This document shows, one piece after another, positions 10,327-20,043 of a stretch of DNA of 64,000 nucleotides. The DNA comes from Vicinamibacteria bacterium. Its GTDB lineage: Bacteria > Acidobacteriota > Vicinamibacteria > Marinacidobacterales > Marinacidobacteraceae. The DNA lies in NCBI GenBank assembly GCA_965199715.1, contig OZ241322.1, positions 1,056,001 through 1,120,000 of the forward strand, given 5' to 3'. Below the pieces are notes generated by a model that saw only the letters and a list, made by a program, of their open reading frames with translations, did no database searches and was not told the origin of the DNA. Position 1 is the first letter of the stretch. Every line of letters starts with the position of its first letter. The position numbers and the translations under genes were made by a program.

Positions 10327-11457
10327 ATGCGCGAAGAAGAGTTTCGGGAGGCCCGGAGCCGGACGCTGCGGTTGATCGAGCCGCTGACGCCCGAGGATCT
10401 GACGGCGCGGTCGCTGCCGGACGCGCCTTCGGCGGCGTGGCGGCTCGGACGCACGACGTGGTTCGTCGAGACGTTCGTCCTGCGGCGGCGCTCCGAGCAT
10501 CCGGGGTTCGCGCGCGAGAGCGATTTCTCGCGGCCGGGAATCACCGAGATTCTCGAGTGCCGGAAGCGCGTGGACGACGCGGTTCGGGACTGCGAACGCC
10601 TTGCGGTCGCGACCCGGGTCGAGGAGCTGCACCAGGAGCTCATGCTGGCGGCGATCAAGCATCTCCTCGCCGGGAATCCGGGACAGCCCGCCTACGAGCG
10701 CGCCCCGGAGCCCGCTTCGGGCGAGGCGCCGCCGCTGCGGTTTCTGGACGCACCCGGCGGAACCCTCGGCTTCGGGCGGAATCGGGACGATCGGGCGCTG
10801 GGTTCGGAGACCCCGCGCTGCGAGCGCGTCGTCCGGCCCTTCCAGATCGGCTCCCGCCTCGTCACCAACGGGGAGTTCCTCGAGTTCGTCGAGGACGGCG
10901 GCTACGGGGACGAGCGGCTGTGGCTCTCCAGCGGATGGGAGGCGCGGCGGCGCGGCGGCTGGGAAGCGCCGCTCCACTGGAGGCGGAGCGACGGATTCCG
11001 CGAGGAGTACACGCTCGGCGGCCGGCGGCCGCTGCTGCCGGCCGCGCCGGTCGCGCACCTGAGTTTCTTCGAAGCCGACGCCTTCGCCCGCTGGCGGGAG
11101 CGCCGGCTTCCTACCGAGTTCGAGTGGGAGTCGGTCGCCCGGGACGCGGACCGCCCCGGGGCGAGCGAGGGCCTCGATCCGACGCCGGCGGAGCCCACGC
11201 CTCCGGGCGCGCCGCCCGCCCAACTCTATGGAGACGCATGGGAATGGACATCCAGCTCGTTCGAGCCGTATCCGGGCTACCGGCGGCTGCCGGCGGCCGA
11301 CGCCGCGACCTTCGGGGACTTCTCGCCCGGCCGGATGGTCGGGCGCGGCGGGTCGCGCCTGACCCCCGGAGCCGGTCTCACCGCTGCGACGCGGCGGGCG
11401 ATCCGCCCCGAGACCCGGTGGCAGGTCACCGGGCTCCGGCTGGCGCGGGACGCATGA
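10327..11457 (+). CDS. EgtB/SenA-like (DinB + FGE-sulfatase domain) protein with degenerate iron-binding residues
   Basis: TTWFVETFVL, HQELML...IKH, VTNGEFLEFVEDGGY, RLPTEFEWE, GDAWEWTSS and GLRLARD motifs. Confidence 0.82.
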   Translation: MREEEFREARSRTLRLIEPLTPEDLTARSLPDAPSAAWRLGRTTWFVETFVLRRRSEHPGFARESDFSRPGITEILECRKRVDDAVRDCERLAVATRVEELHQELMLAAIKHLLAGNPGQPAYERAPEPASGEAPPLRFLDAPGGTLGFGRNRDDRALGSETPRCERVVRPFQIGSRLVTNGEFLEFVEDGGYGDERLWLSSGWEARRRGGWEAPLHWRRSDGFREEYTLGGRRPLLPAAPVAHLSFFEADAFARWRERRLPTEFEWESVARDADRPGASEGLDPTPAEPTPPGAPPAQLYGDAWEWTSSSFEPYPGYRRLPAADAATFGDFSPGRMVGRGGSRLTPGAGLTAATRRAIRPETRWQVTGLRLARDA

Positions 11458-13340
11458 GGGCCGTCGTCGCGTTCGCGCTGCTGGCCTCGGGGCCGGCGGC
11501 CGCCCAGGAGTGGCCGTACTGGGGCGCCGACCAGGGATCCACGAAGCACTCGCCGCTCGACCAGGTGAACCGGGAGAACGTGGCCGAGCTGCGGATCGCG
11601 TGGGAGTGGGACACGGGCGAGGGGCCGCTGTCGGGTCCGCGCCTGCCGGTGCCGGACAACCCGGTGCGGCCGGGCAGCTTCGAGAACACCCCCATCGTGC
11701 GCGATGGGGTCATGTACGTGAGCACGTCGTACAACAAGGTCGTCGCGCTCGACCCGGACGCCGGGGAGCCGCTGTGGACCTTCGACCCGCGCATCACCGA
11801 GTGGGGCCAGGTTCCGAACGGCACCGGGTTCGTCCACCGGGGCGTGGGGTTCTGGGAGAGCGGCGACGACCGCCGGGTCTTCATGAACAGCCGGTGGCGG
11901 CTCATCTCGATCGACGCGATCACCGGCGAGCCCGATCCGTCCTTCGGCCAGGGCGGCGAGATCGACCTGACCGCGCAGCTCCTGTGGCCGATCAACCGGC
12001 TTCACTACACCCAGACCTCGCCGCCGGTGGTCTTCGAGGATCTGGTGATCCTCGGCAACGGCGTCTGGGACCGCTTCGTGTACGAGCGCGACCCGCCGGG
12101 CAACGTGCAGGCGTTCCACGCCCGCACCGGCGAGCTCGCGTGGTCGTTCAACCTGATCCCGCAGCCGGGCGAGTTCGGCAACGACACCTGGGAGGACGGG
12201 TCGTGGGACCGGGTGGGGCACACGAACGTCTGGGCGCCGATGTCGCTCGACGCCGAGCGCGGCCTGCTCTACCTGCCGGTGGGCACGCCGAGCAACGACT
12301 ACTACGGCGGTCTCCGGCTCGGAGACAACCTGTTCGCCGAGGCCATCGTGTGCCTCGACGCGCGCACCGGCGAGCGGGTCTGGCACTTCCAGACGGTGCG
12401 GCACGGCCTTTGGGACTACGACCTCCCGGCGGCGCCGACGCTGCTCACGATCCGCGTGGACGGAAGGGAGATCGACGCGGTGGCGGCGCCGGCCAAGACC
12501 GGGTTCGTGTACGTGTTCGACCGGGTCACCGGCGAGCCGGTCTGGCCGATCGAGGATCGGCCGGTTCCCCCGAGCGAGGTGCCCGGCGAGCGCGCCGCGG
12601 CGACCCAGCCGTTCCCGACGCTTCCCGCGCCGTTCGCCCGGCAGGAGTTCACTGAGGACGACGTGATCGCCTTCACCGACGAGATGCGCGAGGAGGCGCT
12701 GGCCATCGTCCGCCAGTACCGCATGGGCGGCCTCTACACGCCGCCGTCGATGGAGGGGACCATCGCGAATCCGGGCATCCTCGGCGGCGCGAACTGGGGC
12801 GGCGCGGCGGCGGATCCCGCGACCGGGTTCCTGTACGTCAAGGCCAACGAGTTCCCGTCGCTGCTCGCGATCACGGAGGCGAACCCGGACCAGATCGAGG
12901 GGCGCTTCTTCCTCGACCGGGATCGGCGCTCGCTGAACCTGCCCAACGGGCTTCCGATCAACCGGCCGCCGTACGGCACGCTCACCGCGATCGACCTGAA
13001 CACCGGGGAGCGCGTCTTTCAGGTTCCGGCGGGCAACAACCCGCTGGTGCGCGACCACGCCGCGCTCGAGGGGATCGATCTCGGAAACGAGCGGCTCGGG
13101 ATCGTGGGCGCGCCGGGGCCGATCGTGACCGGCGGCGGGCTCGTCTTCTTCACCGGCGGCGCGGACCACATCTTCGCGCTGGACAAGGCCACCGGCGAGG
13201 AGCTGTGGGCGCATCCGCTCGGCCGCAGCTCCTACGCGAACCCGATGACCTACCGGGGCCCGTCGGGCCGGCAGTACGTCGTGGTCGCGGTCGGGCGCGG
13301 CGTCGGCAACAAGCTCGTGGCGTTCGCGCTTCCCGAGTAG
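11454..13340 (+). CDS. PQQ-dependent (glucose/quinate-type) dehydrogenase
   Basis: Signal peptide, SPLDQVN, TPIVRDGVMY, WHFQTVRHGLWDYD, GGANWGG and PPYGTLTAIDL motifs. Confidence 0.9.
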   Translation: MRAVVAFALLASGPAAAQEWPYWGADQGSTKHSPLDQVNRENVAELRIAWEWDTGEGPLSGPRLPVPDNPVRPGSFENTPIVRDGVMYVSTSYNKVVALDPDAGEPLWTFDPRITEWGQVPNGTGFVHRGVGFWESGDDRRVFMNSRWRLISIDAITGEPDPSFGQGGEIDLTAQLLWPINRLHYTQTSPPVVFEDLVILGNGVWDRFVYERDPPGNVQAFHARTGELAWSFNLIPQPGEFGNDTWEDGSWDRVGHTNVWAPMSLDAERGLLYLPVGTPSNDYYGGLRLGDNLFAEAIVCLDARTGERVWHFQTVRHGLWDYDLPAAPTLLTIRVDGREIDAVAAPAKTGFVYVFDRVTGEPVWPIEDRPVPPSEVPGERAAATQPFPTLPAPFARQEFTEDDVIAFTDEMREEALAIVRQYRMGGLYTPPSMEGTIANPGILGGANWGGAAADPATGFLYVKANEFPSLLAITEANPDQIEGRFFLDRDRRSLNLPNGLPINRPPYGTLTAIDLNTGERVFQVPAGNNPLVRDHAALEGIDLGNERLGIVGAPGPIVTGGGLVFFTGGADHIFALDKATGEELWAHPLGRSSYANPMTYRGPSGRQYVVVAVGRGVGNKLVAFALPE

Positions 13341-13369
13341 GCTTTCCGGTCCGAAGGAGACCCGCCGAC

Positions 13370-13903
13370 ATGCCCCTGCCCCCGCTCTACGATCCCGAGG
13401 CGGTCCGCCCGATGTGGGAGGAACTCGCCGACTGCAAGGTGACCCCGCTCCATGCCCCCGAGGACGTGGACGCCGGGCTCGACCGGCCCGGAACCGCGCT
13501 GCTGGTCGTGAACTCGGTGTGCGGTTGCGCCGCCGGGTCGGCCCGCCCCGGAGTCACCCAGGCGCTCCAGAACGCCCGGATTCCGGACCAACTGTTCACC
13601 GTCTTCGCCGGGGTGGATCGCGAGGCCACCGAGCGGGCGCGGGCGCGGATGACCGGCGTCCCGCCGTCCTCGCCATGCATCGCGCTGTTCAAGGACGGCG
13701 AGGTGATCCACATCCTCGAGCGGCGCCGCATCGAGCGCATGAGCCCGGACATGGTGGCCGGCGAGCTCACCCGCCTGTTCGACGCCGAGTGCACCGCCGC
13801 GGGGCCGTCGGTGCCCCGCGAGGTCTGGGAGCGCTCCGCGCGGGAGCGGATGTGCGGCTCGTCGGCGCCCCGGTTCGGGGCGCCGGTCATGCCCCGCTTC
13901 TGA
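13370..13903 (+). CDS. BrxA/BrxB family bacilliredoxin (YphP-like)
   Basis: VNSVCGCAAG.ARPG, TVFAGVD.EAT, and PPSSP.IALFKDG motifs. Confidence 0.9.
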   Translation: MPLPPLYDPEAVRPMWEELADCKVTPLHAPEDVDAGLDRPGTALLVVNSVCGCAAGSARPGVTQALQNARIPDQLFTVFAGVDREATERARARMTGVPPSSPCIALFKDGEVIHILERRRIERMSPDMVAGELTRLFDAECTAAGPSVPREVWERSARERMCGSSAPRFGAPVMPRF

Positions 13904-14496
13904 CCGGCCGCTTCCTCACCGTCGAGGGAATTTCCGGGGCGGGCAAGTCCACCCAGGCGCGGCGGCTCGCCCGCTGGTTCGAGGCGCAGGGCCTGGAGGT
14001 GGTCATGACCCGGGATCCGGGCGGCACGCCGGTCGGCGAGGCCATCCGCCGGTTGCTGCTGGAGTCCACCGCGCCGGTCGCGCCCGAGGCGGAAGTCGCG
14101 CTCTTCTTCGCGGACCGCGCCCAGAACCTCGCCGAAGTGATCCGCCCGGCGCTGCGGCGCGGCGCGGTGGTCATCGGCGACCGGTTCACCGACTCCACGA
14201 TCGCGTACCAGGGCTACGGGCGCGGGGTTCCCCTCCCGCGCCTCCTCCGGATCGACGAGGCGGTCACCGGCGGGTTTCGGCCGGACCGGACGGTGCTGCT
14301 GGACCTGCCGGCGGCGACGGGGTGCGCGCGACTCGCCGAGGCCGACCGGATCGAGCGGGAGGCGGTGCGGTTCCACGAACGGGTGCGCGAGGGGTTCCTG
14401 GACCTCGCCCGGGAGGCGCCGGAGCGCATCGTCCGCATCGACGCCACGGGCGAGCCTGGCGCGGTGTGGGAGCGAGTCCGGGGGGCGGTCGCATGA
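13900..14496 (+). CDS. tmk: Thymidylate kinase (dTMP kinase)
   Basis: EGISGAGKST P-loop, TRDPGGT, and DRFTDSTIAYQGYGRG. The likely start is a CTG overlapping the upstream stop. Confidence 0.93.
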   Translation: MTGRFLTVEGISGAGKSTQARRLARWFEAQGLEVVMTRDPGGTPVGEAIRRLLLESTAPVAPEAEVALFFADRAQNLAEVIRPALRRGAVVIGDRFTDSTIAYQGYGRGVPLPRLLRIDEAVTGGFRPDRTVLLDLPAATGCARLAEADRIEREAVRFHERVREGFLDLAREAPERIVRIDATGEPGAVWERVRGAVA

Positions 14497-15509
14497 GCGA
14501 CCGGGGACCCCTTCCGCGGCTCGCCCGGCTGGCCGCCCGGGACGCGCTGCCGCCGAGCCTCATGTTCGTGGGGCCGCCCGGCGCGCCGATGCTGGCGGCC
14601 GCGATCCGGCTGGCGGCGGTCGTCAACTCCGAGGAGCCGGAAGCCGCGCAGACGTTGGAGGAGCGCATCCGGGCGGGGATGGCCCCCCCGACGGAAGGCG
14701 GACCCATGCCCTACCCCGACGTCCGCGTGGTGCGGGCCGACGGAAGGCAGATCCGGGTGGACCAGATCCGCGAGGCGATCGCCGGCGCCCGGATGCGTCC
14801 CTTCGAGGGCCGCCGCCGCTTCCTCATCCTCGCCGGAGCCGACTCGATGCACCCGTCGGCCGCGAACGCGCTTCTGAAGACGCTCGAGGAGCCGAACCCG
14901 TGGCTCGGGCTCATCCTCACCGCCCACCAGCCGGCCGCGCTTCTCCCGACGATCGCTTCCCGGTGCCAGCGCTGGCGCTTCCCGCCGCTGACCGCCGCCG
15001 AGGTCGCGTCGCGGCTGCGCGAGGAGCACGAATTCCCCGAGGATCTGGCGTGGATCGCGACAGCGGCCGCGCGGGCGAATCCGGACGCGGCGCGCGAGCT
15101 GCCGCAGGAGCGGTTGGCGGCGCTCCAGAAGGAGGCGGAAGGACTCGCGAGCGTGGTGGGGAAGGGCGTCCCGCCGGCGAAGCGCGCCGCGCTCACCGAC
15201 CGGTTCGCCAAGCCGTCCGAAGCCGTCGCGCTCGGCCGCGTCCTGACGCTTCTGGGCGCGGTGCTGCGCGACCTCGCGGCGCTCGCTTCGGGCGCTCCGG
15301 CGGAGTCGTTCCCGCGCCGCAAGGAGCTCGTGCCGCTCGCCGCGCTGGCCCCGCCGGGCGCGTGGGCCGAGGCCGCGCTCCACGCCGGCGAGGCGCGGGA
15401 CCGCATCGACCGCTTCAACGGAAACCGCAGGATGCAGCTCGAGCGGCTGCTCCTGCTCTTCAACGACATCGCCCGTCCGCTGGTGATCGCCCGAAGGAGA
15501 AAGTCATGA
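14493..15509 (+). CDS. holB: DNA polymerase III delta' subunit-like protein
   Basis: IRVDQIR, AANALLKTLEEP and LLPTIASRCQ motifs, with the classic tmk-holB synteny. Confidence 0.85.
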   Translation: MSDRGPLPRLARLAARDALPPSLMFVGPPGAPMLAAAIRLAAVVNSEEPEAAQTLEERIRAGMAPPTEGGPMPYPDVRVVRADGRQIRVDQIREAIAGARMRPFEGRRRFLILAGADSMHPSAANALLKTLEEPNPWLGLILTAHQPAALLPTIASRCQRWRFPPLTAAEVASRLREEHEFPEDLAWIATAAARANPDAARELPQERLAALQKEAEGLASVVGKGVPPAKRAALTDRFAKPSEAVALGRVLTLLGAVLRDLAALASGAPAESFPRRKELVPLAALAPPGAWAEAALHAGEARDRIDRFNGNRRMQLERLLLLFNDIARPLVIARRRKS

Positions 15510-16852
15510 GCGTCCTCTTCCTCGCCGCGCTCGGGTTCGCGCAGCCGGCCGTCGAGCCGCCGGCGCGGGACCAGCGCCATTACGACCTGCTGAAGGCGGT
15601 CTCGGCGGATCGCATCGAGAGGGACGTCCAGACGCTCGTCGGCTTCGGCACGAGGCACACGATGTCCGAGACCGAGAGCGAGACGCGCGGGATCGGCGCC
15701 GCGCGACGGTGGATCCACGCCGAGTTCACCCGCATCTCCGAGGCGTGCGGCGGCTGCCTCGAGGCGTCCTTCCAGCGCCATGTCGTCCCCGGGCGAGAAG
15801 GGAGCCGCATCCCGACGGACACCGAAGTGGTGAACGTGCTCGCGACCCTGCGCGGCGCGGGTGATCCCGGCCGCTACGTGATCATGTCGGGGGACATCGA
15901 CTCGCGGGTGAGCGACAACGGGAACTTCACCGACGACTCGCCGGGCGCCAACGACAACGCGAGCGGCATGGCCGGGGCCATCGAGGCGGCGCGGGTGCTG
16001 AGCCGTCACGCCGGCAGCTTCTCGGCCACGATCGTCCTCGCCGGGCTGTCGGGAGAGGAGCAGGGCCTCTACGGCGGGCGCCACATGGCCGCGGTCGCGG
16101 CCGAGGAAGGGTGGAACATCGAGGGCGTCCTGAACAACGACATGATCGGGAACATCGAGGGCGTGGACGGGGTCATCGCCAACAACGTCTTCCGGGTGTT
16201 CTCCGAGCCGACTCCGGTCACCGAGACCGAGGAGGCGCGCCGCGCCCGGAGGACCATGGGCGGCGAAGTGGACGGGGTCTCGCGCCAGTTGGCCCGCTAC
16301 GTGGCGCGGATGACCGACGACTACGTCCCGAACCTCGACGCGCAGCTCATCTACCGCCTCGACCGGTTCGGCCGCGGCGGCCACCACCGGCCCTTCAACG
16401 ACGCCGGCTTCCCCGGAGTCCGGATCATGGAGAGCCACGAGAACTACCGGCGGCAGCACCAGGATCTGCGGGTCGAGGACGGGATCGAGTACGGCGACGT
16501 GATCGAGGGCGTGAACTTCGCCTACGCGGCGAAGCTGACCGGGGTCAACGTGATCTCGCTCGCCGGGCTCGCGTGGGCGCCGGCGCCGCCCCGAAACGTC
16601 TCGATCGGGGGCGCGGTGCGGGCTTCGGCCTCGCTCGCGTGGGATCCGGTCGAGGACGAGAACCTCGCGGGCTACCGGGTGTACTGGCGCGACACGACCG
16701 CGCCGCAGTGGACCCACTCGCGGTTCGTCGGCGACGTGACCGAGTGGACGTTCGAGAACCTCGTGATCGACAACTTCCTGTTCGGAGTCGCCTCGGTCGG
16801 CCAGCGCGGGAACGAGAGCGTCGTCAGCTTCCCGCTGGCGCGCCGCCGCTGA
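15506..16852 (+). CDS. M28 family metallopeptidase with C-terminal Fn3-like domain
   Basis: PGANDNASG, GEEQGLYG, NNDMIGN and GRGGHH.PF motifs. Confidence 0.88.
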   Translation: MSVLFLAALGFAQPAVEPPARDQRHYDLLKAVSADRIERDVQTLVGFGTRHTMSETESETRGIGAARRWIHAEFTRISEACGGCLEASFQRHVVPGREGSRIPTDTEVVNVLATLRGAGDPGRYVIMSGDIDSRVSDNGNFTDDSPGANDNASGMAGAIEAARVLSRHAGSFSATIVLAGLSGEEQGLYGGRHMAAVAAEEGWNIEGVLNNDMIGNIEGVDGVIANNVFRVFSEPTPVTETEEARRARRTMGGEVDGVSRQLARYVARMTDDYVPNLDAQLIYRLDRFGRGGHHRPFNDAGFPGVRIMESHENYRRQHQDLRVEDGIEYGDVIEGVNFAYAAKLTGVNVISLAGLAWAPAPPRNVSIGGAVRASASLAWDPVEDENLAGYRVYWRDTTAPQWTHSRFVGDVTEWTFENLVIDNFLFGVASVGQRGNESVVSFPLARRR

Positions 16853-16858
16853 GGCGGC

Positions 16859-19441
16859 TCACTCCCGACCCATCGCCCGCGCCTCGGCGAGGAACCCCTC
16901 GTAGATGGCGCGGGCCTCGTCGAACTGGGCGTACACGTGCGCCTGCTCGGCCTCGGAGCGCCAGTACTCCCACGCCTCGGCCATCTCGCGCAGCCGGTCG
17001 ATCCAGCGGATCGAGTACTCGGCGGCGGCGGCGCTGCGCACCGGCTGGTCGCCCGCCATGACCCACACCGGGTTCGTGAAGGCCTGCGCGTAGAGGCAGT
17101 CGAGCGGGCGACGCTCCTCGGGCGATCCCTCGGCGCGCAGCAGCAGCCAGCCACTCGCGTCCATCCGGACGGTTCCCGACGCCTGCGCCGAGCGGCGGTC
17201 GGCGCCGAGGGGAACCTCGGCGACCGTCTCGCCGCCCGAAACCACCCACGCCCGCTCGAGCGGGGTCGAGGACCGGATCCACGCGCTCCACTCGACCTCG
17301 CCGCCGGCGTCCGGGAGCCGGATCTCGTCGCCGGGAAGGCGGCCGTCGACGCGGAAGTCGAGCAGCGGCCCGCAGCTCACGACGGCCCGCCCCTCGCGGA
17401 TTCCGGCGAGGAACGCGTCGAGGTCGAGTCCGGCTTCGCCGGTGTGGACGTAGGTGCGGATCGAGCCCACCAGCTTCGAGCGCTGCATGTTGCTGATCGA
17501 GTCCTCGCCGCCGACCGCGGTCACCCGCAGGCCGTTGTTCAGCGTCGCGTACCAGGGGAAGAACCCGGCGCGGGTCGATTGGGACCACTCCACGCCGTGC
17601 GTCGTGCCGAGCGCCGCGTCCACCATGTAGCCCTTCGCGCCCCCGAGCTGCCCGGGTTCGCCGTCGGGGCCGACCAGCGGGTCGTTCTCGCCGGAGAAGG
17701 CGTGGACGTAGGCGACGGTCGCGCCCTGCGCCAGCGCCTTGCGGAACATGTCGGTGTTCGACGGGTAGAGGCTCTCGATCCCGGTGCCCTCGTAGCCGGT
17801 GACGTACGGCGAGATGAGGTGGTCCTCGAGCCCGAAGTAGAAGACGTGGCCGTAGAACGGCGGCCGGTACTCCTGTCCCACGACCAGAAGCCGCTCGTCG
17901 GTCGACAGCGGATGGGCGCCGCCCCCGGGGACGAAGAACTGGTAGTCGAGGATGCGGTTGTCCTTGTTCGCGACCTGCTCCAGCACCACGTCCTGGTCCT
18001 CGGCGTCGGACATGAACATCAGGTTCTCCAGCGTGTTGTGGAGGTTGCCGGCGTAATTCATGTGGACGTGGGTGGAGCCGCTGATCCAGCCCTTCGCCGC
18101 CATGTCGGTGATCCGGGGAAGGCGGATCGTGAGATCGGTCACGTCGTTCTCGGCGATCTCGACCGTCATGCGCACCGGCTCGTACTCGAAGCCGCGCACG
18201 GCCTCGATCTCGAGCCTTCCGACGGGAACCTCCATCCGGAAGCTCCCCGCCTGGTGGAACGAGTGCTCGTTCGCGCCGCCGATCCGGGCGTAGGCGTCCG
18301 GCGGAGCGTAGAAGCGGCCGTCGCCCGCCCGCAGGTGGATGCGGGCCGCCGCCTCGGCGCCGGTCCCGTCATCGACGGTGCGCACCTGGAGCACGCCCAC
18401 CGGGCGGCGCCAGTTGCGGCGGGTGATCTTCACGATCCGGCGCTCGCCCCCGTAGGTCTCGAGCAGCGCGAGCTGCGGCAAGCCGCCGGCGTTGTCGATG
18501 TAGGCGATCCACTCGCCGTCGGGCGACCAGCGGGGATGGAAGGCGTCGTGCTCGAAGAACGTGAGCTTGTATGGCGAGCCGCCGTCGGTGGGCTGCACGT
18601 AGAGGTTCGAGAACTGGTCCGCCGCGCCCCCGGTCGAGGAGTACACGAACCGCTTGCCGTCGATCGAGACGTCGGGACGGGCGCGGTAGAGAGACTGCTC
18701 GTCGAGGACGCTCACGGCCTCGTCGAAGCCGTCCGCCGCGAGCGGAACCCGGACCACGTCGCCGGATCCGAGCGGGACCTCGTGGTTCGAGACCAGGAGC
18801 AGCTCCCGCGAGTCGGGCGTCCAGGCGGGGGTGATGTGCATGTCCCACGGGCCGAAGTAGAGCCGGTCCTTGCCGTAGTTCTCGTCGCGGGTGAGCGCGA
18901 TCTCCTCGTCGCCGAGGGCGCCGTCGCGGAAGTCGCGGACGTAGGCGTTGAAATAGCCCGACGGCTTCGTGGACACGTAGGCGAGCCGGGTCCCGTCCGG
19001 CGAGAGGACCGGGTCGGTGTGGAGGAACTCGTCGTCCAGCAGCGCCCGGCTCTCGCCGGTCTCCAGATCCACGACCGAAATTCCGATGTTCCGCCCGTTG
19101 TCGTCGTCCGTGTACACGACGTAGCGCCCGTCCGGGGACCACGTCGGCAGCGAGTGGTAGCCGGGACCCGAAGTCAGCTCGTCGGCGATCCCGGTGGCGG
19201 GATCGACGCGCCAGATGGAGCCCGACATGGCGACCGCGATGCTCGTTCCGTCCGGCGACCAGGCGGGCGCCCACGGGGTGCTGCTGGGCGCCGGCGGGAA
19301 CAGGTAGTTGTGCATGTAGTTCCCGCCGTGGCGCGCCGCCGGATAGGCGCCGGCGACTCCTTCGGCGATGGACTGGGCCCGGGACGGCGCGGCCGCAAGG
19401 GCGAGAGCGAAGGCGGCGAGGAGGGCGGTTCGGATGCGCAT
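16859..19441 (-). CDS. TolB/PD40-repeat protein with CehA/McbA-like (PHP) metallohydrolase domain
   Basis: Signal peptide, WSPDG repeats, GSTHVH, GQEYRPPFYGH, GGEDS and AFTNPVW motifs. Confidence 0.8.
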   Translation of the reverse strand: MRIRTALLAAFALALAAAPSRAQSIAEGVAGAYPAARHGGNYMHNYLFPPAPSSTPWAPAWSPDGTSIAVAMSGSIWRVDPATGIADELTSGPGYHSLPTWSPDGRYVVYTDDDNGRNIGISVVDLETGESRALLDDEFLHTDPVLSPDGTRLAYVSTKPSGYFNAYVRDFRDGALGDEEIALTRDENYGKDRLYFGPWDMHITPAWTPDSRELLLVSNHEVPLGSGDVVRVPLAADGFDEAVSVLDEQSLYRARPDVSIDGKRFVYSSTGGAADQFSNLYVQPTDGGSPYKLTFFEHDAFHPRWSPDGEWIAYIDNAGGLPQLALLETYGGERRIVKITRRNWRRPVGVLQVRTVDDGTGAEAAARIHLRAGDGRFYAPPDAYARIGGANEHSFHQAGSFRMEVPVGRLEIEAVRGFEYEPVRMTVEIAENDVTDLTIRLPRITDMAAKGWISGSTHVHMNYAGNLHNTLENLMFMSDAEDQDVVLEQVANKDNRILDYQFFVPGGGAHPLSTDERLLVVGQEYRPPFYGHVFYFGLEDHLISPYVTGYEGTGIESLYPSNTDMFRKALAQGATVAYVHAFSGENDPLVGPDGEPGQLGGAKGYMVDAALGTTHGVEWSQSTRAGFFPWYATLNNGLRVTAVGGEDSISNMQRSKLVGSIRTYVHTGEAGLDLDAFLAGIREGRAVVSCGPLLDFRVDGRLPGDEIRLPDAGGEVEWSAWIRSSTPLERAWVVSGGETVAEVPLGADRRSAQASGTVRMDASGWLLLRAEGSPEERRPLDCLYAQAFTNPVWVMAGDQPVRSAAAAEYSIRWIDRLREMAEAWEYWRSEAEQAHVYAQFDEARAIYEGFLAEARAMGRE

Positions 19442-19623
19442 CGGGATCCTCCGGGGGCGGGTGCGGCCCCGTTTCGGAGCATACCCGCAACGAGTTTTCC
19501 CCGATGGGGCGATTTCGCGCACGTTTTTCGCGTTCGTCACGAGCATGCCCGCATGAGCAATTGCGCCCCGACCCGAGACCCGCGCCCGCAAGCCCCGACA
19601 CTCCTCTGGTGGGATGGAGACAG

Positions 19624-20040
19624 GTGAAGCCGCGGGCCCGGCCCGATGCGTGGACCATCGGCATGTTCGCGGCGTTCGTGACGCCGGGTGCGGCGTTCGT
19701 CACGAATTCGGGTTCCGCGAACGCCGCGCTCAACCAGGGCCTGGACGGCATCCGGGCCGAGATGCGCCGTGAACTCGGTCAGCGCTCCGAGCGCGTCCTT
19801 CGACTCGAAAAGCAGGGCCTGGACTTGCTGTTGGGAGCGCTCCGACTCCGGGGCCCGAACGGAGCCGTCGAGGAGGAGGTCGCCGACCCGAGGCGGCGGA
19901 TCGCCGAGTTCGGGGAGCACGTCGCCGACTTCGTCCCGCGGGGGGCCGAAGTCCTGCGGATCGAGAAAGTCAAGGCAAGGATCGTCACTGCGCGCGAGCG
20001 GCTCGCGAAGGCGGAGGAGAGGATCGCCGCCGGGCGCTGA
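19624..20040 (+). CDS. Hypothetical small coiled-coil protein (possibly degenerate)
   Basis: GGAG ribosome-binding site before a GTG, a weakly hydrophobic N-terminus and heptad-like helices. Confidence 0.4.
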   Translation: MKPRARPDAWTIGMFAAFVTPGAAFVTNSGSANAALNQGLDGIRAEMRRELGQRSERVLRLEKQGLDLLLGALRLRGPNGAVEEEVADPRRRIAEFGEHVADFVPRGAEVLRIEKVKARIVTARERLAKAEERIAAGR

Positions 20041-20043
20041 CCC

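Noticed and set aside
10221-10330. tRNA-Val as an integration site for a mobile element
   Set aside because: There is no adjacent integrase, and I saw no duplicate of the tRNA 3' end in the window.
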